Below, one piece after another: positions 51,801 to 64,000 of a DNA stretch of 64,000 nt. This stretch comes from Takakia lepidozioides (Eukaryota > Plantae > Bryophyta). Numbering within the stretch: the first letter of the stretch is position 1; each line of letters starts with the position of its first letter. The stretch covers positions 77,438,001-77,502,000 of the forward strand of contig CM060732.1 in NCBI GenBank assembly GCA_030704615.1. The letters run 5' to 3'. Made by a program: the position numbers and the translations under genes. A model generated the notes under the pieces. It saw only the letters and a list, made by a program, of their open reading frames with translations. It ran no database searches and was not told the origin of the DNA.

Positions 51801-53465
51801 TAAACCTGCACGCGACAAACGCCCCTATTTGAGGAGGAACCTTGATACTAGCAACAATAAAGATCAGTTACGGATGCTTATCTGTGTTCATGGAGTACGG
51901 AATCTGCCAGCCGTGATCCACTTGGCCGAAATGACAAAGGGGAAGGAGCGTAAATCGCTACAATTATTTGTGCTGCATTTAATGGAGTTTTCAGAGCGCT
52001 CATCTGCTATCCGGATTGCATCCATGGCCAGGAAGGAGGAAAAATCATTTTGGAGAGAGGTGAGGTCTTGGTGTTGAATCCTTTGAACCTTTTTGGCCAT
52101 TCGAGAGGTAGTTTAATCACCCTGGAACTGTGTAATTCTGCACTTGGGATAGTCGCATAATGTAAGACAGCCTGCCTACCAGTCAGTATGCTGTAGTTTC
52201 TTCCTCTGATCTGCTCACAAACCGTCTCCTTGCAATTGCAGGGACAGTCAGACTTGGACTCGGTAGAACTTACATTTCAGACATATGGGCAGCTCTGCAA
52301 TGTGAAGGTGAGGACCACCTTATCGATCAGTGCTTACAGCAACATGCACAAAGATATTTGTTCAATGGCTACTATGAATCGGACAAATTTTATCATTCTG
52401 CCCTTCCACAAGCACCACTTCCACGATGGGACCTTTGAGCCTGTGCACTCTGGTCTACACCATGTAAATGCAATGGTCACAAAGGATGCCCCTTGTTCTG
52501 TGGGTATTTTGGTGGATCGAGGGTTTGGGGGACAATCAGCCACCCTCCCTGTGAACATCTCCCAACACATTTGTGTTATGTTTTTTGGGGGACCAGATGA
52601 CCGTGAAGCTCTCATGGTTGCACGCCGAATATCCCAGCACAGTGGTGTCAAGCTTACGGTGATCCAATGTTTGATCAATGGCCCACAGCAGCCAGATGCA
52701 ATGTCGAGACCTGCAAACGACCTGAGTGTGACCCATTTGCCAATTGAAGATGTTGGTCTTGCATCGGCTACGTGGAAAAAGTCTCTTACACTTGGGGGGA
52801 AAATACATAGATTTTTAAAGGCGCCATGGTGTGACAGTGAGAAACCAGTACCAGCTGAGCAGAATGGGGCAACTTACAGCAATAGGCAGGCAGGAAACAG
52901 AAAGTCTGCGGCCATGATGGGGCAGGTTTCAGCAGCAAGTGTGGCCAATGAGAAAGGTGGGGCAGTTCATCTCAAGATGGACGAACTAGAGTATGAGAAT
53001 GATAGGAAATTAGACATGCAAGCTCTTGCGCCCCTCATGGGTGTGGTAAAAACCAGCAACGAAAGTTACAGCAGTCTGGTGGGCAATAACAATTCGACAG
53101 ACTTCAGTTTGAGGGATCAAGATGCAACTGAGCCTAATTACAATTTAAGATTAAAGGTTTGGGAGATGGAGGATCCCTACAAATCTGTTTTAGAAATAGC
53201 AGGATCACCCGAATATGAGTTACTGATAATCGGCCTCCACTTGACTTCCAAAAGCCCTGTTTCACGATGTGGAGCCTTTCCATCGATGGAGCAGCATGGG
53301 CTGGGCCCAATAGGAGACCTTCTTGTATCCAGGGAGCTCAAACACATGAGCGCTTCATTGCTTGTGGTCCAACAGTACCAACTCTCTCACGGACAATATG
53401 GAATCCCCACTAAATCCCTTGGACTTTCTCCCCCTTTTGATGAGGAAGTGCCATGTGCAGAATAA
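46357..53465 (+). CDS. CHX: Cation/H+ antiporter of the CHX (CPA2) family
   Basis: Exons 46357-46519, 47043-47214, 47748-47961, 48290-48626, 49938-50048, 50574-50746, 51715-52059, 52242-53465. Motifs [84 protein letters not shown]. Confidence 0.95.
48965..49582 (+). mobile_element. LINE 3' end with ORF2 C-terminal zinc-knuckle remnant and (CAA)n tail, in a CHX intron
   Basis: Translates [14 protein letters not shown] near 49212 (the copy near 51431 gives [12 protein letters not shown]) and ends in ACAACAACAACAAC. Confidence 0.7.
51240..51660 (+). mobile_element. LINE 3' fragment, same family as 48965-49582
   Basis: Colinear homology including AAACTCAGGGCGGGAAGCCTACCTTTGAACA. Confidence 0.7.
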
Positions 53466-54173
53466 GAAAAAATTATCTGTCTAAGTACAACCGACTCTCT
53501 GGCCCCGTTGAAGTGACAGAGGGGTAGGGAACATGTCCTACTGAGGATGGCAGCGCATCCCAGGCAGCCCGGCTAGCTTCTGTTAGCTGCTTTCGTAAGT
53601 ACCTAAGTGCAGAGATATGCTGATTTTCTCTCTGGTTCACTTTCTTTTTCTTTCTTCAGATGCAGCCGGTGCATCTTCCTTTGTGGATTTTGATGCAGCT
53701 TGGTTAGGATTTGCCCTGCCTCTGTAAGCCTCAGTGCTGGCCCTTGTTTTTTTTCTTTCTTTTTTAAACACAAAGGGCCTTGTATCTCATGTCAAAAGAG
53801 GTTGTGGAAAAAATACCCAACAGGAAGCCATGGCCGGCTTTACATCAAATGATGGGTAACACCCATGTCAGCAAGGCAAGCCCTACAGTTCTCTGTGAGA
53901 CCAAAAAGCTATGAACCTTCAGTGTCTACAGAGGTGCAAAGAGAAGAAGAGGAACTAAAACTTAAAGCCAGATGGCAGAGCGAAAAACCCAGAACCTACA
54001 CGCAGATTGTGAGGGGTGGAACACGAGCACAATCCACCCTTATGGGGGTAACATGTTCACAAACGGAATACAAGTCATAGGTGGACATAGGGATTTAATT
54101 TTTTTTTTCCCCATTATCAGTAAAATTTAAATTTCTTTCCAGTGATTCCTTTTGTGTAGCAGGAGGTTTCAAC

Positions 54174-54510
54174 CAGTGTTGGGCGGTTACCCGCCGGTTC
54201 AGGTTAACCGGAAACGGGCCCATTCCTACAGAACCTGACCTGGAACCGGAACCTGCCAATGGGGATGGGCACAGAACCGAACGGGCGGTTCCTGCTGGGT
54301 GTGAGAACCGGGGCGCAGGGGGGGTAAAAACAGGTTCCGGTTCTTGACCCCTTGGGTGGGGCTGGTGGGCCCAGGGAAAAACTTATTTAATGCTCTCAAG
54401 CTCCTGAGATCCTGGGTTCAATGCTTGAAGGCCATCAGATTCTATGCTCAATGCTTCAGCGCCATGAGATCTTGGGTTCAATCTCCAGCTCCATGATATC
54501 CTGGCTCAGT
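54174..54510. mobile_element. Single end of a hAT-type element
   Basis: Begins CAGTGTTGGGCGG as at 43852, with clustered AACCG/CGGTT subterminal motifs; no partner TIR found, so the right boundary is uncertain. Confidence 0.5.
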
Positions 54511-55439
54511 TCATTAATAAAATGTTTGAAGATGCCAATACTTGCCAGGTAGCTGAATAGTACTTTCAACCCATAAAATTTTACCCATTTTCTTCTACCA
54601 GTTTATTTAGAGTATTTTTGTTTGTTTTTTTGTGTTAGTAAAAACTAACAAAATCGTTGGATTTTAGTTCAAATATGTGATTTGGAGTGTGAAGTCAAGG
54701 CACAGGGAGTGGCGTACTCTACTTGTGCAACCAAGAATCAAAAGAAGATGACGATCCAGGGAAATTGGAAGAGATTTATACATTACAAGAGGATTGGAAA
54801 TCAAGGAAGGCAGTGGACAATCATCGATATTCCACAGCATCTCCGAAAATGACTTTGCTTCATGTGTCCAAGGACAAGTAGCGGGGAAACCAACGATGTT
54901 GTCGACTCACACTGGCCAAGAGCAAGGAAGAATGGCCCATGCCACCACATCTCCCATACCTAGGCCTACCGGAGCATAAATTATTAAAGCTTCTTGACAG
55001 GGTAGGTTTCGCATATGTGACCACCAGAAGTAATCCCACGACTATCCACAGATCAGCATAGTTTTGATATAAATCTTTCTGAACCTCCACTGAGTTGCAA
55101 AGTACAGTGTTAGAAAATTGACAGGGGGCAACCAGAGTGGAACAGCACAATCGAGACAGGCGAGAGACCAGAAGACAGAATGTTGCAAGATATCACACTG
55201 CATACTTGGCAGGTAGATTCACAGCACTGAACTACCTGCACAACTTGGAAGGTAGACTCACAGCACTGAACTAATCAGTTTTTATTCTTCAAAATTTCCT
55301 TAAGCTCTGCAGGTGGATAATGATGAGAGGAAACCAACTGCCCACTTTGCCATGACAGAACTGTGTGTTTCTGCTTACAACACAAAAAATGATAGACCTA
55401 ATTTTGAGATCTTTACAAGGTTCCTGCACTTCACTATGC

Positions 55440-58400
55440 TTAAGCCAAATTTCCAGAGACAATCCTTCTGGGTGTCACACTACCTTCATGCTTCTGTTCC
55501 CTCATGGCAACAAAAGTCAAAGCATCGCTAGCCACAGAGTAGAGGAAACAGTGCCAAGGAGAGTCACTGGGAGCGTGCCAGATACATGGGCCTTCCAAGT
55601 AAGTTTCCTCAGTGAGTTCAGTACGTGCACACCACACTGAATCCAAAGAGGGCTCGGAATAGGCAGGGACAGCCACACATCCTAGCCCCACATAGTGTTC
55701 TGGAGCCCTTGGCATCCAAATGGAAACTGGACTCCCAGACCTATCCTTCCAGTTTCGCCATACCTGCCAACTCCAGGTTGATTCGGCATGAAATCAGCCT
55801 TCCCACTTACATGTGTGCATAAAAAGCTGACGCTTACACTCTCTGAACTCTTACAGTTGGAACAAACTTATCACCTGGTTCCAGTACTGGAAAGGAAGGT
55901 ATGCCGAGTAGTATAAAAACAGATCTAAAGCATACAAAGTGAAACTGATAGTACTCATAACTCATTTGCAGTTGCCAATGCCAGTACTGTCTGTGTTTGT
56001 CAGAATCCAGTTCTCTACCTTAATGTTTGCAACACAAAACTGTTCCACGAGCCCTCCTGGTCCTCTACGGACATTATAAAGTTTGCTTGTACCTTTTCCT
56101 TCAAGTGCAGAGTGTAGGATATCCAACAGGAATTTGTTTGTTAGACTCAATCTCAACCTAGTAGAGGCAGATGCTCACTGCTGAAAGCGTCTGGTGATAG
56201 CAAATCACTTGATGGCGTAGAGAAAGAAGAACAAAATTACTGTGGACAACCTTTCAGGAGTGTGCATGTTTGTGAAGGGGGCCTGTATGGATAGGCTATA
56301 GAACAAAAATAAGTAACCACTTGCACAGACAGCAACCAGCAGTGAAGTGGACTTACAAGATCAAAGCAGGTAGGTGGTGCAAATCTTCCGTCGTCATTCC
56401 TGTAGGTAATTGCCTTGGTGGGGGGGTTTTCCCCTGTGTAAGCAACATCCCCCACAGATACATATCTGCCATATGTGTGCTATGTCAGATCTCAAGTAGG
56501 ATTGAATCATCTGTATAGATTAATTCATTCTTTGTCCACAAATGATGGCACTCGTTCAACTAATCAGCATGTCTGCAAATCAGAAACATTCTAATACTTG
56601 CTAGGACTCCTCCAAGGCAAGTGCCAGATCTGTCTTAAGGGGACAAACCTACAGCTATAACTTTTATAGAAGTGGGGCAGAAATGCTGCCACAAGAAGCT
56701 GCAAACGCCTAAGGTGAATATACAGCTTCAAGTTGGAAGTTGAGAGGCATGAACATTACCCCTCTGGTGCCATGGGTCGCCAGAATGTGCAGGTCCCTCT
56801 TTCTGAGGTTCCCTGGAAAGAAGCAATCAGAGCTCTCAATATCAAATGGGAAACTCTTCATGCAAGTTTCACACCCACAAAATTAGAATGCACAATCAAG
56901 CTCTACTTACAAACATCACATCAAACTACAGATAGGAGGACATACAGTAAAGCAGGAGGAGCTGAACCCCTTCCTACTGATATCAGTGGTCCAAATTTGC
57001 TCAAATTGATTCACTTCTTGTCTGAATGCATCCTGCACTGCAAGAGACATGCTCTTTTGCCGCTGGCTGTCTGCAGATCCTGTTGACTTTCGAAGATGTC
57101 GTTGTGAACCATTGCTGGACCCAGTCGCACTTCCTCTCTGTGTCTTTTCGGTCGAGTATTTCTTTCTTTTTCTTGAGTGTGAATGTACATTGGGCTCCGT
57201 TGTTGCTGTCATCCCACAAGGTTGGTTTCTCTGGTGGACATCACATCCAAGCATGACCGCAACCAACTCATTAGAAAGGAGCTCATGGAGCTACATGTCA
57301 GGAGAACTTGGAAGTTACCCAACCTCACGACAAAGTCAGCAGCTAGAGCAGCGGCTTGCTGCCATGGCCACAGCTCATCGAGAAACATTCTTGGTTCTCC
57401 GAGATGATAGAATCTTGCGGCCCAATTACCTTTCGGCATCTTTATCTCCTTCTCTCCTGAGGGCTTTGAGGCGAGCTCCCACAACCTACAGATAGAGACT
57501 GGCAGATGGGAAAACCTGCGGCGGGAGGACCACCTCTGTCCAGCTTGCACAGGGCGCAACCAGGAAATTGAAACTGAAGAACACTTCTTCTTCTATTGCC
57601 CTCTATACTATGAGATCCGTGGGAGATTCCATTGTCTATTCCGTGGAACCCAATCTCTCACTGAAGTCTTTCACTATGAGGATCAAAAATGCCTGGCAGC
57701 CTACCTGCACGAGGCATTCACCCTCAGACAGTCACTCAAACAATAGTTCTTCTCTTTGACTCTGGTTTCCTGTTTTCTCTATGAGCTTTCCACGGACGTT
57801 ATAAAGCACCATTTCATTTCATTTCATTTCATTTCTCATGTTTTTCTTTCCATTTTGTCCCATAAGCTCTATGAGCTTTCCGCGGACGTTATAAAGCACC
57901 ATTTCATTTCTGCAGAAGGCCTTCACCCTTAGACAATCGCTAGAACATTAGTTCTTATTCTTGGGTTCTGGTTTTGTTCCTCTCTCATGTTTTCTTCCAT
58001 TTTGTCCCATAAGCTCTATGAGCTTTCCGCGGACGTTATGAAGCACCATTTCATTTCATTTCTGTTCTCTCTGTGAGTGGTCATGGTCAGGATACAGCGC
58101 AGCACCCAATTGCTGTAAGGAGCAATCATTTGATCAAACAGGAACAGCAAAGCACAGGTTTTCATGTGAACAAGAAATTTATTATGTCCACATGGGGCCC
58201 AGAAGGCCTATGTGCCAAATTAAACATAACATAAGACAATACCAAAGGGAACACCAAAAGACCCCAAGTATTGTGAGACATTTTATGATTTGAAAGGTAA
58301 GAGACTTGGCAAATACTTGGTTCATGCCTTGAGGTTTCAACTGATGTGTCTACTTGGATGCCTGACAAATCTCTACTGATAGGGACATCTGAATGTCGCA

Positions 58401-61400
58401 TCAACTTGGCCAGGAGTCATATCGTACCTTTGCGGAAGTATCCCCATGCCCCCACTCATTTGCACGCCACTGGCAGTGGATGACATGGTATATGTGAGTG
58501 GCTTGTGCAATTTCTGACTTTTGAGGCTTGTAACAAGTTATAACATGGGTGAAACTTTTTGAAGAGTGGCGAAGGTGAATAAGAACACATGAGGGCTGTT
58601 GGTTAGCTTGCCCATTTGCTACCTCCATAGCCATTACGTTTTCCCATTGCACTTCCCATTGAATCATGCAAGGATCTGACAGTGACTTGTGTGGGTCCTT
58701 GGCGTGGGATGGTGGATGCTGCATAAAACAGAGAGCTATCAGATCGATTGAAATGACAGGTTGCAGTGACCATTGAAGAAGAGTTGAAAGGAAAGAGATG
58801 AAAGAAAGACAGGAAGAAACTTTATAATGTTCACAGAGGCCTACCAGCGCTTTGGGACAGGGTGGCAAAAACAAAAAAGACAAGTCTGCCTGCCAAAGTA
58901 TCTCATGGAGGGAGGCTCAAGAAGAATATTTTTTACTTTCCCATGATGGACAATGGAACTGAAAGAGAAAACAATCAGAATGTATCCACAAATCCAAAAG
59001 TCACCACCAGAGCGAGAGAAAAAGGACGACAGACATTTCTTGGCATAATTTGGAAGATGCCGGTTCTACAGACATCCTTACATACATAGACATACATGGT
59101 TGAGAAACTGATCATCTGGGTATCACTTACCTTGAGAATAATTACACGCCTGTTTGTCACCATCAGAATACAGTTGTTGGGGAGATAAAAGTGGTCCTGG
59201 TAGAAATCCGACCATGCAAATTTCGCTGGCTCCTTGAACACATCTTTGCTCCCAAAGTAAGCACCTGCCCCTGCCAGCTGCAAAATAGCCTGCATTCACA
59301 TAACTTTCAGAGTAAGTTGATTTCTCCTGTGTTGTATGTTCATGTTTTGTAGAAGTCCCAACAACAGGTTCAAGGTGTTTGTCATAGCGGACGTTATAAA
59401 GCTTTAAGCGAACGTTATAAAGCACCATTTCATTCATTTCATTTCATAGACGAACTAAACCAGAAGGGGACTGTCAAATGAGACAGTCACCAGATGATTA
59501 GATCCTCATGACTAGATCCACCTATATGGCTGTATCACTTCTCTATGCTGAGATTGTGTGGCATACCTGTCCACGAGCGCTTTTCTCATCGTAAGGGCAC
59601 AGGACTCCATCCCCGCGAAATGCCCGGGGAAGACGGGACCGCTGACACTCAGTCTTGTTTTCAAATACACCAAGGCACTGGGAGCAGCTGCCGCCCACCC
59701 CATTCACTGTCAGGGCTGCAAAGTCAAGGATGCCGCTAACAGGCTGTGCCACAGCGCCCACCATGGCTTGGCCTAAGCCTTGGAAAAGCCCAACAGGTCC
59801 GCTTTGACGCACTCTCTCAACAGGTTTTGTGACCACACCTTTAAACCCATAGGTAAATCCACGTGCAAGGGCTTCTGTCCCCTGAAGAAGCCCATCCCCG
59901 AGCCCTCCTACATTTCGGACCCTCTCCTGCATTTTTCAGAAATTGTTTTGAGAGATAAGAAGAACAAAGTTTGAATAGAGGATAAAAGTTTTTAAGTCTG
60001 CTAAGCAAGATATTATAACATCTCCGGATTACCCGGGTGATTGTGATGGTGAGGATATCACTCGGACAAAGGCAACATCAGGATTGTGTGAAATAAGAAA
60101 AAAAATAAGAATAATCTAGGGGCTTCAGCTCTCTGAAGCCATGAAGAGGCTTGGAAATAGAAATATATATTTACTACTCACAAATTTCATATGTAGCGAA
60201 AGTTGAGTCACTAACTCCCTAGAGGTCCACCGGTACTCCTCAAGTTTTGCTCTATGGTGTCCAACCGAATTCACCAATCGCGGTTTGTGCAGTTTAGTGC
60301 CAAGCAGGAGGTTTATGTATGTCACATGGAACTACTTGCATGAATAGGTTGGTACTCATGTTTAATAGCAATGTCACAAGTGTGCTTTTAAGTATCAAGA
60401 TATCTCCATATTTGCAATTAAAGGTAGCCATAATAGAAGTACTGAGAAGATCTGATCTACGGTTAGAGGATTTTTCAGAAGAGAAAACCAGAAACAAAAA
60501 GAAAATGAAATGGTACTTCATAACGGCCCTGGGAAGCTCAAAGAGCTTATGGGACAAAGTGCAAAGAAGTTGAGGTTTCACCTGTTTCTCTCGCAGCTGC
60601 AGATAATTTCTATCGTTAGACAAATTTGCAGCTCCCCTGCTCAAGGTTCCAAGCGTAGAACTAGTCATGCCAAGCACGTCCACGCTTGTAAGGAGCTGCA
60701 GTGGCTGGTGGATCAAGTCCCGCTTCACACGATTCAGAATGGAAGATGTCACCTGGCTCTTTCGCATATAGTGGTTTTCAAAATAGACACTGCTCAGGCG
60801 AATCTGCCACATCACAAACAGATTAATTGCGGTTATTGGTGAGGAAACTGTTTCTGTTATTGTCCTTTCTGGGTCATGTGTCATGAGTACCAGCATAGAG
60901 CTATCCTTACCAAAGTTATATCCCAAAGTAATTGCTAGCAACTGTATCTCCAGGAAGGGAACAAAAATGACTAATCTGATGTGTGGTTTACAAATGTGTA
61001 GAAAGGACTGAAGGGGAGCTTGCCATGACACTCCATATGACGCACACACAATCTAACAAAATAATTGAAGAGAGTGCCGTGCAGCTGCTGTGAGTGCACA
61101 TACTGGCATTTTCGATATGTTGCCAATGGTAGTGAGCAGAGGACCCCAGATGCCAAGCTTGCCAGCAGGTCGCTGCTCTGGAGCTGTGTCCACTGTCAGC
61201 TTCAGCCGCACTTCTGACACATCAATGAGCCTGAAAAGAGAAGCATACAACAAGAAGCACTAAAATGAGCCACAATTGGGATGCGTGTATCATGACATGT
61301 GATGTATGGCAAAACATTGAAGCCAACGTTTCTTCTGAAGCTCTCTATTATTCTGCATCTTGGTGGTTACACTGCACTGGAGATGTTCCTCTGGTTGCCT

Positions 61401-63800
61401 GAATTGCCACATGTTAACCTTTAGCAGATCAGCCTTATAAGATTGGCAGTGAGAAAACAGGCAGTGGAAAAACCTACTCTATTCGAATTTCAGGATCCAC
61501 TTGTACAACGTCAGAATCCCCAGAGAGACGATCCAGATGCAAACTGTTGTACATCTCCATGACTGCCCAAACGATTGGCTCATGGACATTGATCTGCAAT
61601 GTGCTTTTAACCTGCAAAGGGAAGTGTTGCAACCAGAGCACTTAGTACTCAGGGTCTCTGCAGTCCAAATACCAAACTTTGCAGGCAGCAATGCCAAACC
61701 ATTTTAGAGCATACATGTTTGACTATGATCATCCCCATGGAGGTAGTTCAGTTTGTTTTTGCAACTACCTTCATGGAGGAAATAAGCAATCGGCTGTTGT
61801 GGACACTGATTAGATTGAAGTGAACAGAGGTTGAGATGAGCAGTGGAAGGTATTTGAGAAGGTACTTATAAATTTTATAACCCCAGGAACTTCCTAAGTC
61901 ATTGACCCAATTAATTTGAAAAAAGGTAGTCCGCTCCTATATTAATGAGGTGGTGGGCCCGACCACCCGACCAGCATGGAAATTGCATCATGTGGTGTTG
62001 GGGCTGATAATGCCCTTAATCTTTCAGCAAGCCTCAAATTGTTGACCATGATTTGTACCACTCCTCCATGTATTTCACATGATAACATACCTGTACGCCA
62101 ACGTAAGGGTACACCTCTGTAGCCTCCACGTTGTCATTACACGTCGCAACAGTGACCTTCATTACAAACTCCTCATTCTCATCTCTTACTTCTGGAACAA
62201 GGAGCACTGGCATGGTTTCCAGCGGTAGCTGGTTATCCAGCTGCATATATTTTACCATCAGCTCCAGCCTACATTCATAAGCAGCATTTATTAACAAGAA
62301 TAATATGTTATTTTGTCCACTGGAAACCAAAACCAATGGCCCTCCACAATCAAAGCTTTGATGTATGCAGTAAACCGGATGGCAATGCTATGAAAGAAGA
62401 AATGAACTGTTATCAAGAATGGACGTTACATCTTCATAACGTCCAAGGGAAAATCAAACAGTATATGAAAATGGGGCCGCAACAACCAGCCACAACCATA
62501 AGACTACAATTCAACAGCGAGAGATTTTCTATAGACAAAACAAATGTTATAATGTCCACAGGGGATCCTGAGGCTCCAGGGTAGAACAAGCAGACAGAAG
62601 AAGCATCCAGTGGCAGACAGAGAATGGCTGCACTATAAAGCAGGTGCACACAAACACATTACAAATACCTTAGTGTTTATTTAAGTGGTACCTGCTCACG
62701 TTTGCTCCTGAGCCGGATAAGTATGTGAGGTTGACTCTCTCCATGTGCAAGAACAGGATCTCTTGCGGCTTTTGGTCAATCACAGACAAACCTAGGCTCC
62801 CAATGTTGAGCACGACCTCAAGCTGTGAAGGGGCATCTGGTTTTGTATCGTGTTCCTGCTGCATAGGCTCAGCTGCTCCCTCAGTGGGCACTGATGACTC
62901 TACCTCTTGGGACCCCTCTGTTTCGTGATCTTTCTCAATATATTGATCAAAAATCCGAATCACTTTGATATCTCCAACTTCCAACACACGCACACAGAGA
63001 CTGGTTGTGTTAGTCCCATTGGACATCAAAAGAGGATGGTCACCTGTCTTATTGATGTCATATTTGACACTGCTTGAGTGATTACTGTCATTTTGAACCA
63101 CCTCCAAGCGTTGTTCGCTATGTGCACTTTCCCATGCAAATGATGCCGTGGAGTGTGGCTGCAGTAACTGCCATGCATGCTCATCAAGGGACACTTGGCG
63201 GAACTTTATTTGCTGACCTTTGGTGCGGTTCTCAATCCTGGTATTCCACAAACATCTTCAGCACATTTATCTGACTTCAGATGCATGGTATCCATTGCTA
63301 CACAAACATTTTCCCAGTATTGACATTCTCTACGAAACCCAGAGCATTGGAGAAAGTGGAGAAATAATTGTCCTCTAAAAACAGCCCAGTGTTCTTGACT
63401 GGTTAAGGGTTTCCTGCTTCCACCCTCTCATATTGTTTACTGTGATCACTTGAACGAAAAGAAAAGAGACAAAATGGGCCAGGCTAGCATGTAGAGTAAA
63501 GGTTGACTTCTGCTGAAGCAAGCATAAATTTTGGTGTCACTTCACCCCTGAAGGACTACTGCCTTCTTTTGCAAGTAGATCATGAATGGTTGCAGTAGAA
63601 ATGATCACAGATTATCACCTGTAAGGCCCACGTGAAGAGCCAAGCTGGAAAAGAACCAAAAATCTAGAGCCATCGACATAGCCACGGACATTCACCCGCA
63701 TGCCTTGCCTCATCCCATTCGCATGGCGCACCACAATATGCATGGTCTCTTCCTTTTGAATCGCAAATGGGTATGACCACTGTGACCCTTCTAGTTGAAC
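55440..63800 (-). CDS. VPS13: 3' portion of a VPS13 lipid-transfer protein with a C-terminal Vps62-like region; continues beyond the window
   Basis: Approximate exons 63619-63800, 62692-63237, 62091-62268, ~61477-61611, ~61083-61230, ~60582-60810, ~59568-59930, ~59130-59277, ~58427-58718, 56946-57230, 56760-56812, 56357-56465, 55440-55763 (TAA). Motifs PYRIENRT, QLDNQL, GVVTKPVE...GAVAQPVSGILD, RSRLPRAF, FWRPMAPEGYVSVGDVA, IWMPRAPEHYVGLGCVA. Confidence 0.93.
57337..57377 (+). mobile_element. Short relic of the DNMT-retroelement family in a VPS13 intron
   Basis: 37 of 40 nt identical to the reverse complement of 27691-27730; encodes QQLEQRLAAMATA. Confidence 0.7.
57778..58065 (+). repeat. Three clustered copies of an abundant short (CATTT)n-tailed repeat
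   Basis: GTCCCATAAGCTCTATGAGCTTTCCGCGGACGTTATAAAGCACCATTTCATTTC. More copies at about 8155, 50395, 50790, 50995, 51120 and 59390 (+), and 4250-4315, 13540-13590, 58800-58860, 60505-60560 and 62400-62430 (-). Confidence 0.8.
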
Positions 63801-64000
63801 CTGCAGCAATACTGTCATAAGGATAAACCAAAGAGCACGAGACTTCTGTGGAAATATTACGTCCATGGGAACAAAGTGAACCATGGATACCAAAGAACAA
63901 TTCCAACGTCAAACATTTCATGTTGATGCACTGGCTCATGCAGGGAAGTCACTCCAGTCCTCATAATTCAAGGCCTCTGCAGGGACGGCTTGATCTATTA

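Noticed and set aside
56733-57266. Extension of the Gag relic, or a novel small gene
   Set aside because: The region is explained by minus-strand VPS13 exons (56946-57230 and 56760-56812) with proper splice sites.

Overview
Eukaryotic genomic DNA from a land plant; a non-seed lineage is my unverified impression. Three intron-rich host genes are present: PIR/SRA1/CYFIP (+, 805-17125, first exon outside the window), a CHX cation/H+ antiporter (+, 46357-53465), and the 3' part of a VPS13 with a C-terminal Vps62-like region (-, 55440 to beyond 63800). The standout feature is an 18.9-kb Ty3/gypsy-type retroelement on the minus strand (21362-40254, 4-bp TSD GCTT). Its decayed polyprotein reads Gag(2xCCHC)-protease-DNMT3-like C5 methyltransferase-RT-RNaseH-integrase-PHD finger. 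Its ends are split direct repeats (X...Y-gc-X-Y) rather than two conventional LTRs, which is the pattern expected if a 2-LTR circle were opened at an internal GACA-GC-TGTC palindrome. It has no recognisable tRNA primer site; the PBS position is complementary to the loop of a hairpin in its own repeat, suggesting self-priming. A conventional chromovirus (32628-39588) is nested inside it. Other items: a TRIM with a tRNA-like Pol III unit in its LTRs, candidate U12 introns in PIR (one apparently AT-AA), a hAT-type non-autonomous element, SINEs and LINE 3' ends. All coordinates and counts were read by eye.
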